DNA of 64,000 bases from positions 1,742 to 65,741 of the forward strand of contig JAKBYX010000012.1 in the NCBI GenBank assembly GCA_021840255.1, written 5' to 3'. This DNA is from Nitrospirota bacterium. Its GTDB lineage: Bacteria; Nitrospirota; Thermodesulfovibrionia; Thermodesulfovibrionales; JdFR-88. Below are positions 37,917 through 45,944 of the stretch, piece by piece (within the stretch, counting starts at the first letter, position 1; each line of letters starts with the position of its first letter). The notes under the pieces were generated by a model, which saw nothing but the letters and a program-made list of their open reading frames with translations, was not told where the DNA came from and ran no database searches. Both the position numbers and the translations under genes were made by a program.

Positions 37917-40900
37917 ATGGCCGGACAGGCTGGAAAAAACATGATATGCAGTCTGGATTATCTTGTGGGCACCCTGGCCACGGCTTACAAGGGCGTGATC
38001 ACCTCACTGGTGGTGAAGGATTTCTGCATCTGCCAGGAGGATGGGTCCGCTATCCTTAAAGGCGTCATCCTTTCCATGCCGCCCGGCGGCTATCAGGCCT
38101 CCCTGATAAGAGAAGGGGGGGAGCTTGCCCGCTCCCCCATAACGGAAAATGGCGGCTTTGAGATGCGGGCCGGTGAAGGGCCCGTCATGGAGGCCAAAGA
38201 CCTGCAGATCGACATCCTTCAAAACGGCAGGCATATCGGTACCTTCCTGCTCAAAAGAGAAAAATCCGGTGTTTTTTATACCCCGGCAGCCGAGCTTTCC
38301 CAGGAGGTTAAGGATGTGGATTTCAAGCTCCTCACCCTTCCGCTCAGGGAGAAGCCGGGGCTTCAGCGCAAGGCCGAAGATGTGATATATAAAATCCTTT
38401 CCGCAAAAAAGGACTGGCGTAAATTTTCAGATGAGCTTCATGGATTTGCGACAGACCTCTTCTGGGGAGAAAGGGAGGTCTTTTACCTGGGCTTTGGTAT
38501 CCTGGTAAAATTTTCTTCCCTTGCGCTTGAAAAAACAGGGCTAGGCCAGACGGCGGGAAAACCAGCCCAAAACTTCCTCGATCTGGTAGGGCTTCCACTT
38601 TCAAGGGAGACCTCTGCGGACAAGCTGCGCAATCCTGCGCTTCAATGGTTGAACGCCTTGGCTCTGGGAGAGGCCCGCACGGACCTTTCCGGCAGGGCGG
38701 GGCAGGCTGTAAAGGTATTCTCCATGATAAATGAAAAGGTGCCGGAAGCGGACATCAGGCCCGCTTTTTCAGCGCTTCTTTCCTCCCTGCGCCGCAGGGT
38801 TGAAGATGCCCCGGTCTTTTCTGAAAACGCCCTGGAGGACATAAAAGGATTCATTCCGCCCGGGGCTTTCGGGGTAATTGAAAAGCGGGGCAGCAGAGGG
38901 CGTGATGGCTTCCTCGCCTTGATGGAAGAAGCCCGCGGCCTGGCTGAGAAAGGCCGGGTTGAAGAATCCCTGCTGAAAATGGACGGGGCGAAGGCGGATC
39001 TCGAATTATTCCTTGACGGTGGGGAGCTTATAAGGAGTTTTTTTGATATAACCAGGAGACATCTTTCCGTGGAAAGCGCCCCCGCGTTCACGGAGGCATT
39101 GTTTGAACTCCTGGATTTCCAGGCGAAGGCCGCAGACGGGGGTAAAGTCAACAAAGACCTCATATCAGGCGCGGCCGAATTCATGCAAAGGCTCATAGCG
39201 GCGGGCCGGGCCGGCCTATGCGCGGACCTTCTTATAAGGGCGGGGAAATCCGGCAAGGAAAGAGGCTTTGAAAATGAAATGGTCCTCAACAAGGATATTG
39301 CCGCCCTCATCCTGGGCTCCGGCGATAACGGGCTTGTCTCTCTTTACCGCGAACTTTTAAAGGGGATACTGGTGCCGTCACCGGGGATACGCGGCTATTC
39401 CCAGGATACCTGGGCGGAAATTGCAAATCCTCTCCATCTGGATATCCTTTCGCGTTTTCTGGACGTCCTTTCCGTTTCGGGCGAAGGCCTGGAGGACGTA
39501 AAGGCGCACCTCATTTGCAATCTCCATTTAAGCGGGGTTTTCATCCCCGACGACAGGCTTTTCCAGCGGCGCGTCTCCGGCTACCTCAATTCTTCGGCCA
39601 TGCGCGGGGGAAAAAAATTCCTGCTTAACTATATGCTTTTAAAAAAGCTCCCTGTTTATTTCAGCGAGATAGGGGCGGCAAGCCGGATAAGGGACTATAC
39701 AACCCAGGTGGACTCCTGGGGGAATGACTCGGTGCTCTATTTTTTGAGAAAACAGGTCCACGTTAACGCAAGCAATCTTAATATACGCCTGACGGAAGGG
39801 ATCATAAAGGCATGGGCAGACAACGACCCGGGCCTTCTTGAGTCGCTTGTGCCCGCTGGCGTCTTCCGGAATTTCAATAAGGCTCTGCTCCAGGTCTATC
39901 ACCTGGCGATAAGACCTTTTTTTGAGGCACTGGGTGTTCTTGATGGGGCAAGGGAAGACGGAGACAAGAATAAAAAGATCCTGTTTGGCAAACTCCTTGA
40001 GATCCACGAGGAGCTTCTGAAAGGGGAGATAGAAAAGATAAAAGCCCCCGAAGAGATACGCTCAAAGGTCTTTTTGCTTTGCCGGATATACCAGGAGATA
40101 GTGAAAAAATATTCCCTGCCTTATAGCGGCCCTTTCGGAGGGGGTCCTTCCGTTGAAGGGCAGGGTCTGTATTCCGCGATAGGGGAATGCCTGCAAAAAA
40201 TGAGGGCGCTTAAAGAAACGGTTCTCTCGCCGGCAAAGACAGAAGCAACAGAGAACCTGTATTTCAAAAGGCATATAGCTTTTGGCATCCCTTCGGTGCT
40301 TGGCACGTATCATGAGCAGAAATTCGATGCCCTGGGGGATTTTTTAAGGATAGGGGAAAGGGCGCGAGTGTTGATGGAGGCGGCCGTCACGGAAGTTTCT
40401 TCGGGCGGGAAAAGACAAAAAGCACGGAAGGGCAGCGAAAAGAGGGAAGGGCCGGAAGAGATCGCCTGCTGGACAGCTGCTCTTGGGCAGATAAACAGCG
40501 TCCTCGCGCTTCAAGGCATCCGGAATTTCCAGATCGAAGAGCTTTCAGGGATATTCAGGACAAACAGACTTTTTGTCAGTCAGACCCTGGATATGCTCCG
40601 GATGTGGCAGAAGGAGTTGAAATGGGCGGTGGAATCCTTCGGCAGGGATTTCCTTGCCCCGCTGGGCAATGTCATTAAGGCTTTCCCTCAGGATGATCTA
40701 CCCGATTATCTTGCAAACCTGGACCCCGATGATGTGAATTTCGTGGACAAGGCGGCGGATATCATCATCAGGGACATGATGGCGGGCCTTCCGGGCTTTA
40801 CCGAGACCGACAGGCTTATAGACGCCCTGGCGGGCAGGTTGTCGTCGCATCTTGAGAGCGAGGGAGATTCTGCCTTCAATCTCAATGTGCCTGAGGAAGC

Positions 40901-42455
40901 GCCGGATTTCTTTGAGTTGGACGGGCTTGGAGATGACGACGCGATGAGGCTTTCCCCGTTTCTTGGCGGCAAGGCCAAAAATCTCGTTTATCTTAAAAAC
41001 GGGGGGTTTGACGTGCCGCCGGGGGCTGTATTTTCTTCCAGGCACACGGAAGATTATATGGGCTATACGGAAAGCGAAGCTTTCACCGAGGCGCTTAAAA
41101 AGGCGGTCCGTAAAATAGAGGACAAAACGGGGAAGATCTTTGGCGGGGAGGAAAACCCGCTTTTCCTTTCGGTAAGAAGCGGCTCCTATATTTCGATGCC
41201 CGGCATCCTTACCTCCATCCTTTATTGCGGCATGAACTCCGTGGCAATAAAGGGTTTCATCAGGGAAACCGGCAACCCGTGGCTTGCCTGGGATTCATAC
41301 AGGAGGTTTCTTGAACACTATGGGAGGTCGGTGCTGGGGCTGGACCCAAAAATCTTCGATGACATAAAAGCGTCTTTTGCAAAAAACAGCGGCGCTTCAT
41401 TACCGGACAGGATGGGGTTGGAGGAGCTGGGCGAGGGGCAGGTAAGGGGCATTGCCCAGGCATACCTTGAGACGTTATCCCGCGCGGGCCATTCCGTCCC
41501 CGATGATGTTTATGAGCAGCTCAGGAATTCCGCAAAAGCGGTCTACGCGTCATGGCATGGTGAAAGGTCCTCCCAGTTTGCCAGGTTCACGGGCATGTCC
41601 CGCCGCTGGGGCACGTCAGTAACCCTTATGCAGATGATATACGGCAATCAGCCGGGGGCGGGGGCGTCAGTTTTTTTTACGAGGGACCCCGCCACCATGG
41701 AAAGGCGCATATACGGCGAGATAAGGGAGATAGCCACGGGTGACGACCTTGTGTACGGGGCCCGCACGAACAGGCCGGTCTCAAAAAAACAGAAAGAACT
41801 GTTCGGCGCAGAAGGTGGCGGGGAAAATATGAGCCTCGAAGAAAAAGACCCGGCGCTTTTCGGGATGCTTGAGGACCTGGCGCGGAGGATCGAGGATGCC
41901 ATGGGCGGGCTTCCCCAGGAAGTGGAGACCACGTACTGCAAAACTGACGGGCAGAGAAAGGTCTATGTACTCCAGGCAAGGCGCATGGAGTTTTTTGACT
42001 CCGGGTTTATCCCGCGTTTTGAGGAAATATGCATGATGGAACCCAGGGTGATAGGTAAGGGCATAGGGGTGCACGGGGGGGCGCTTAGCGGGGTTGCCTC
42101 ATTTTCCTTCTCCACTGAAGCCATAAGAGAGCTGGGCCGCAAAACCGGTTTGCCTGTTATTATCCTGCGCCATTCGGCCAGCACGAATGACGTTTCTCTC
42201 ATGGCGGACATAGGCGGCATAATAACGGCTGCCGGCGGCGCCACATCCCATGCCTCCGTCCTTGCCCAGAAGTTTGGCCTCACTGCGATCGTCGGCTGCA
42301 AGGACCTGAGTTTCGAGGCCTCCCGTGAAGGCACGCCCTACGCCCGCATAGGCAATTCCATTATTTCCGAGGGGGCCCCCATAAGCATCGACGGGGCCAC
42401 CGGGCTCATATTTTCCGGCACATGCCTGCACACCTCGAATAGCCGGCAGCGCTGA
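37917..42455 (+). CDS. large orphan protein: ~1000-aa unrecognised N-terminal region + PPDK-type ATP-grasp and phosphohistidine (PEP-utilizer mobile) domains, no PEP/pyruvate domain
   Basis: 1512 aa. From residue ~1012 it aligns by eye to the N-terminal two-thirds of pyruvate phosphate dikinase: FLGGKAKNL, NPLFLSVRSGSYISMPG, TGNPWLAWDSYRRF, WGTSVTLMQMIYGN, VFFTRDPATMERRIYGE, GDDLVYGARTNRP, VYVLQARR and GGATSHASVLAQKFGLTAIVGC (His-1445, nt 42249-42251). The ORF ends about 65 aa after that His. Confidence 0.85.
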   Translation: MAGQAGKNMICSLDYLVGTLATAYKGVITSLVVKDFCICQEDGSAILKGVILSMPPGGYQASLIREGGELARSPITENGGFEMRAGEGPVMEAKDLQIDILQNGRHIGTFLLKREKSGVFYTPAAELSQEVKDVDFKLLTLPLREKPGLQRKAEDVIYKILSAKKDWRKFSDELHGFATDLFWGEREVFYLGFGILVKFSSLALEKTGLGQTAGKPAQNFLDLVGLPLSRETSADKLRNPALQWLNALALGEARTDLSGRAGQAVKVFSMINEKVPEADIRPAFSALLSSLRRRVEDAPVFSENALEDIKGFIPPGAFGVIEKRGSRGRDGFLALMEEARGLAEKGRVEESLLKMDGAKADLELFLDGGELIRSFFDITRRHLSVESAPAFTEALFELLDFQAKAADGGKVNKDLISGAAEFMQRLIAAGRAGLCADLLIRAGKSGKERGFENEMVLNKDIAALILGSGDNGLVSLYRELLKGILVPSPGIRGYSQDTWAEIANPLHLDILSRFLDVLSVSGEGLEDVKAHLICNLHLSGVFIPDDRLFQRRVSGYLNSSAMRGGKKFLLNYMLLKKLPVYFSEIGAASRIRDYTTQVDSWGNDSVLYFLRKQVHVNASNLNIRLTEGIIKAWADNDPGLLESLVPAGVFRNFNKALLQVYHLAIRPFFEALGVLDGAREDGDKNKKILFGKLLEIHEELLKGEIEKIKAPEEIRSKVFLLCRIYQEIVKKYSLPYSGPFGGGPSVEGQGLYSAIGECLQKMRALKETVLSPAKTEATENLYFKRHIAFGIPSVLGTYHEQKFDALGDFLRIGERARVLMEAAVTEVSSGGKRQKARKGSEKREGPEEIACWTAALGQINSVLALQGIRNFQIEELSGIFRTNRLFVSQTLDMLRMWQKELKWAVESFGRDFLAPLGNVIKAFPQDDLPDYLANLDPDDVNFVDKAADIIIRDMMAGLPGFTETDRLIDALAGRLSSHLESEGDSAFNLNVPEEAPDFFELDGLGDDDAMRLSPFLGGKAKNLVYLKNGGFDVPPGAVFSSRHTEDYMGYTESEAFTEALKKAVRKIEDKTGKIFGGEENPLFLSVRSGSYISMPGILTSILYCGMNSVAIKGFIRETGNPWLAWDSYRRFLEHYGRSVLGLDPKIFDDIKASFAKNSGASLPDRMGLEELGEGQVRGIAQAYLETLSRAGHSVPDDVYEQLRNSAKAVYASWHGERSSQFARFTGMSRRWGTSVTLMQMIYGNQPGAGASVFFTRDPATMERRIYGEIREIATGDDLVYGARTNRPVSKKQKELFGAEGGGENMSLEEKDPALFGMLEDLARRIEDAMGGLPQEVETTYCKTDGQRKVYVLQARRMEFFDSGFIPRFEEICMMEPRVIGKGIGVHGGALSGVASFSFSTEAIRELGRKTGLPVIILRHSASTNDVSLMADIGGIITAAGGATSHASVLAQKFGLTAIVGCKDLSFEASREGTPYARIGNSIISEGAPISIDGATGLIFSGTCLHTSNSRQR

Positions 42456-42622
42456 ACCGCTTTTCCCCTGCCTGAGGACGTAAAAAACACCGTTGGGGGC
42501 GCCGTATGGACTTTCCGCCAGCGGATTTAGTATCATCGATGATGGTTTTTGTTTGATTACCGCAGTGGGAGGCCCGGCCTGAAGCCTTAAAAAGGGCTTT
42601 AGATGATAAGGAGCCGGTTTGT

Positions 42623-43384
42623 TTGATTTTTTTGGCGAAAATTGATTCGCAAAGGATGAGGACCCGGTTGCCAAGCGCCCTGTTATGCGCCTGCCTGGCG
42701 GCTCTGCTGGTATTGTCCTCTGGGGGTAACGCTCATGCCAGGGTTTTGGTCATCAACACCTTCGATATTTATCCATACTCCACCCCTCACGGCACCGGTT
42801 CTCTGGACCTGGTGATCAAGGAGGCTTTCAGGCGCATAGGACAAAAGGTGAAGATAGTATGGCTGCCGTCCGCAAGGGCCCTCATCAATGCCGACTCGGG
42901 CATCGATGACGGAGACTTTGCCCGCATGGCCGGCATTGAAAAAAAATTCCATAATCTGGTCCGGGTACCGGGGAAGCTCTGCAAGTTCGAGTTTGCCCCT
43001 TTTGCGAAATCCCCTGCCATAAAGATAAGCGGTTGGAAGAGCCTGAACGGATATAACGTCGGAATACCCCGGGGGGCCCAGATACTTGAGAAAAAAACTT
43101 CGGGCCTGCGTTCGCTCACGGAGGTGAACGACCAGAACGCCCTCTTTAGCATGCTCCTGAACGGACGTTTTGATGTGATAATTTACGAAAGCGTGCAAGG
43201 CAGGGGGCTTATAAAGGAATGCGGTTTGCCCGGCGTCCGGCAGGTGGGCCCCGTCCTTTGGAAATGCTGGGCGTATTTGTATATGAACCGCCGCTATTCC
43301 GCTTTGGTCCCGCGTCTGGCTCATGCCATCAGTCAGATGAAAAGAGATGGCACTTTCAACCGTATAATGGGCTCATCAAGGTGA
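42623..43384 (+). CDS. periplasmic solute-binding protein (family 3 / amino-acid-binding-like), no transporter partner
   Basis: 253 aa from the TTG at 42623 (AGGAG SD 10 nt upstream); the ATG at 42656 is an alternative. Signal peptide ...LVLSSGGNAHA. The overall pattern resembles SBP_bac_3 proteins that accompany sensor kinases. Confidence 0.65.
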   Translation: MIFLAKIDSQRMRTRLPSALLCACLAALLVLSSGGNAHARVLVINTFDIYPYSTPHGTGSLDLVIKEAFRRIGQKVKIVWLPSARALINADSGIDDGDFARMAGIEKKFHNLVRVPGKLCKFEFAPFAKSPAIKISGWKSLNGYNVGIPRGAQILEKKTSGLRSLTEVNDQNALFSMLLNGRFDVIIYESVQGRGLIKECGLPGVRQVGPVLWKCWAYLYMNRRYSALVPRLAHAISQMKRDGTFNRIMGSSR

Positions 43385-43397
43385 CGCGAAGGCGATA

Positions 43398-45581
43398 ATG
43401 ATCAGAAGGAATTCTCAAAAAGGCATCGGGCATTATCTGTGCAAACGGGTCCTTTTCTTCAGCCTTTTCCTGGTGGCATTCTTCACCCTGTTCCAGGCCG
43501 GGCTGGATTACCGCAACCGTATGGCCACCATCCCCAAAACCATCGGCAGGATCAACGTGGAGCAACTTGAGGAATCCCTATGGGAAGTAGACAGCCAGGC
43601 CCTGCAACTGCAGGCCGAGGGGATAGTCCATTTCCCCTATATAAGTTACGCCTCGATCTCGGACCAGAACAGCGTTATGGCCAGGGCCGGGGAAAAGAAA
43701 GACAAAGGGGTCCTGACCAGGACGATACCTCTTACACGCATGTACAACGGAAGGGAAGTTGCGATCGGCAGCCTTTATCTGCAGGCGGACACAGGGGAGG
43801 TCTTTCATGATGTCCTTAATGATATCGCGCTTATATTCATATTCCAGTCCGCGATGGTGTCTATTGTGGCTCTGCTCATCTTCGGACTCTTCGAGCTGAC
43901 TGTGACCCGCCATCTTTCCTCGGCCGCCGGATATTTCCGCGCCTTTGACGCGGGTGTCAATTTGCCTCTGAAACTGGAAAAGACAGGGCGCAGGGACGAA
44001 CTGGATACCCTGGTGGACGCCTTCAATGATATGCGCCAGAAACTCGATTCCGCGTACCGGAAGCAGCTGAGCGCGGAAAAGAAGTTCCGGGACCTGCTGG
44101 AGACCGTCAGGCTTGCCGCGGTCATGCTGGACCGAAACGGCAATATCACCTTCTGCAACGATTATTTACTAAACCTCACCGGATGGAGCAGGGAAGAGGC
44201 CATTGGCAACAGCTGGGTTGACATGTTCGTGCCGGATGAGGCCAGGGAACGGGTCAAAACCGTTTTTAAGACCGTTCTGGGTTCCGAAGGGCCCACGCAT
44301 TATGAAAACCCCATAATAACGCGCGAAGGAAAAATAAGGCATATCGTATGGGACAATTCCGTTTTAAGGGACCATAACGGGGATGTCCTGGGTACCGCAA
44401 GCATAGGCAGCGACTTTACGGAGCACAGGAGACTGGAAGACCAGTTGCGCCAGGCGCAGAAGATGGAAGCGGTGGGCCAACTGGCTGGAGGCGTTGCCCA
44501 TGATTTCAACAATATACTTTCAGCGATCGTGGGTTATGCGCATCTTACCCTGATGAAGATGGGCGAAGACAGCCCGCTGAAAGACAATCTGGAGCAGATA
44601 CTAAAGGCCTCGGAGAGGGCTGCCACTCTCACGCAGAGCCTTCTTTCGTTCAGCAGAAAGCAGGCCATGAGCCCCAAGCCGGTTGACTTGAACGGGATCA
44701 TGAAAGGTCTCGATAAATTGCTGGCGAGGCTGATCAGGGAGGATATCGAGATCAGGATGAGGTGCCCCATGGAGGGTCTTGTGATCTTTGCCGACAAAGG
44801 ACAGATCGAGCAGATGATGATAAACCTGATCACTAACGCCAGGGACGCCATGCCCAAAGGCGGCCGCATTATGGTGGATACGGGCGAGCTGCTCATGGAC
44901 GAGAGCTTTATAGAGGCGCATGGGTTCGGCAAGGAGGGGAAATACGCCTTCATCTATGTTTCCGATACCGGCCATGGGATGGATGAGCAGACGAGGCGGA
45001 GGATGTTCGAGCCGTTCTTTACAACCAAGGAGCAGGGGAAAGGCACGGGCCTCGGGCTTTCACTGGTTTACGGGGTGATAAAACAGCACAGAGGCTATAT
45101 AGATATCTACAGTGAACCGGGAATGGGCGCGACATTCAAGATCTATCTGCCGCTGCTGGAGGGGCGCGCAGCGGAGGAAGAGCAGGGAAAGGTCCCGCCT
45201 GCGGCGATGGAAGAAGGTTCCGGGACGATACTCGTCGCCGAGGACGACCCGCAGATAAGGCGGCTCAACGCCACCGTGCTGCGTGAAAATGGTTACACCG
45301 TTGTCGAAGCGGTCGACGGAGAGGACGCCGTACGCAAATTCTCCGAATACCCAGGCGGCGTTCAGCTATTGGTCACGGACTGCATCATGCCCAGGAAGAA
45401 CGGAAAAGAGGCGTACGATGAGATCCGCAGGAAGGACCCCTCCATAAAGGCCATTTTTCTAAGCGGCTACGCCGAGGACGTCATCAGCAAGGAAGGTCTG
45501 CTGGTGGAGGGTATAAACTTCATCGTCAAGCCGGTTACGCCCTCCATTCTGTTAAAGAAAGTAAAGGAACTGCTCTCTTAG
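43398..45581 (+). CDS. hybrid sensor histidine kinase (2 TM periplasmic sensor-HAMP-PAS-HisKA-HATPase-REC)
   Basis: 727 aa. H-box [18 protein letters not shown]-box [10 protein letters not shown]-boxes DTGHGMD / GTGLGLS, and a C-terminal receiver (ILVAEDDP ... [13 protein letters not shown] ... LSGY). Confidence 0.9.
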   Translation: MIRRNSQKGIGHYLCKRVLFFSLFLVAFFTLFQAGLDYRNRMATIPKTIGRINVEQLEESLWEVDSQALQLQAEGIVHFPYISYASISDQNSVMARAGEKKDKGVLTRTIPLTRMYNGREVAIGSLYLQADTGEVFHDVLNDIALIFIFQSAMVSIVALLIFGLFELTVTRHLSSAAGYFRAFDAGVNLPLKLEKTGRRDELDTLVDAFNDMRQKLDSAYRKQLSAEKKFRDLLETVRLAAVMLDRNGNITFCNDYLLNLTGWSREEAIGNSWVDMFVPDEARERVKTVFKTVLGSEGPTHYENPIITREGKIRHIVWDNSVLRDHNGDVLGTASIGSDFTEHRRLEDQLRQAQKMEAVGQLAGGVAHDFNNILSAIVGYAHLTLMKMGEDSPLKDNLEQILKASERAATLTQSLLSFSRKQAMSPKPVDLNGIMKGLDKLLARLIREDIEIRMRCPMEGLVIFADKGQIEQMMINLITNARDAMPKGGRIMVDTGELLMDESFIEAHGFGKEGKYAFIYVSDTGHGMDEQTRRRMFEPFFTTKEQGKGTGLGLSLVYGVIKQHRGYIDIYSEPGMGATFKIYLPLLEGRAAEEEQGKVPPAAMEEGSGTILVAEDDPQIRRLNATVLRENGYTVVEAVDGEDAVRKFSEYPGGVQLLVTDCIMPRKNGKEAYDEIRRKDPSIKAIFLSGYAEDVISKEGLLVEGINFIVKPVTPSILLKKVKELLS

Positions 45582-45615
45582 AATAAAAGAGAAAAAACCT
45601 GCCGTTAAGCGCTTC

Positions 45616-45664
45616 TTAATTAAATCTTTACACCCTCGCCCCCTTTTTTTGCACCTATTTTACA
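45616..45664 (+). promoter_or_regulatory. two candidate KdpE-type operator boxes (AT-rich hexamer direct repeats with 11-bp period)
   Basis: TTAATT-N5-TTTACA (45616-45632, followed by CCCTCGCCCCC) and TTTGCA-N5-TTTACA (45648-45664). They resemble the E. coli kdp operator TTTATA-N5-TTTACA-CCCCGCCC as I recall it. They lie 90-140 nt upstream of the first kdp ORF. Confidence 0.4.
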
Positions 45665-45697
45665 CAGGCTGCTGATAGGATTTAATCAGCAGCCTGT
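45664..45697. promoter_or_regulatory. perfect 13-bp inverted repeat in the kdp control region
   Basis: ACAGGCTGCTGAT (45664-45676), loop aggattta, ATCAGCAGCCTGT (45685-45697). No U-run follows. It abuts the second KdpE-like box. Confidence 0.5.
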
Positions 45698-45755
45698 ATC
45701 CCGCTGCCCACTATTTGATAAGCGGGGTATTCTCACCGGAAAGGGGAAGACTTCT

Positions 45756-45836
45756 ATGGACCTGGAATTTGTTTTGCTGATGGCCGGACTGTTCGGCGTC
45801 TCATGGCTTCTGATCGAACTTTTTGAAAGGATATAG
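45756..45836 (+). CDS. 26-aa hydrophobic mini-ORF upstream of kdpF
   Basis: Encodes MDLEFVLLMAGLFGVSWLLIELFERI, a single TM-like helix. AAGGGGA SD about 8 nt upstream. Ends 15 nt before kdpF. Not in the ORF track because it is too short. Confidence 0.45.
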   Translation: MDLEFVLLMAGLFGVSWLLIELFERI

Positions 45837-45851
45837 GGGAGAGTGTAAAAA

Positions 45852-45944
45852 ATGCATATTTTCTACTGGATAGGCGGCATTGTGACGGCGGGCCTTTTGG
45901 TCTACCTGGTGGCCGCGTTACTGAAACCGGAGATATTTTCATGA
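45852..45944 (+). CDS. kdpF: K+-transporting ATPase subunit F
   Basis: 30 aa, MHIFYWIGGIVTAGLLVYLVAALLKPEIFS, with the KdpF-like signature (LxxYLxxALLxPExF). GGGAGAG SD. The stop overlaps the kdpA ATG. Confidence 0.8.
   Translation: MHIFYWIGGIVTAGLLVYLVAALLKPEIFS

Noticed and set aside
37687-37944. An 85-aa ORF spanning the leader and start of the 1512-aa gene.
   Set aside because: It is a low-complexity translation of homopolymer-rich spacer and overlaps the strong downstream ORF in another frame. It has no SD.
42099-42674. A 191-aa minus-strand ORF bridging the end of the giant gene and the SBP gene start.
   Set aside because: It is mostly antisense to the well-supported phosphohistidine-domain coding region and has no motif and no SD.
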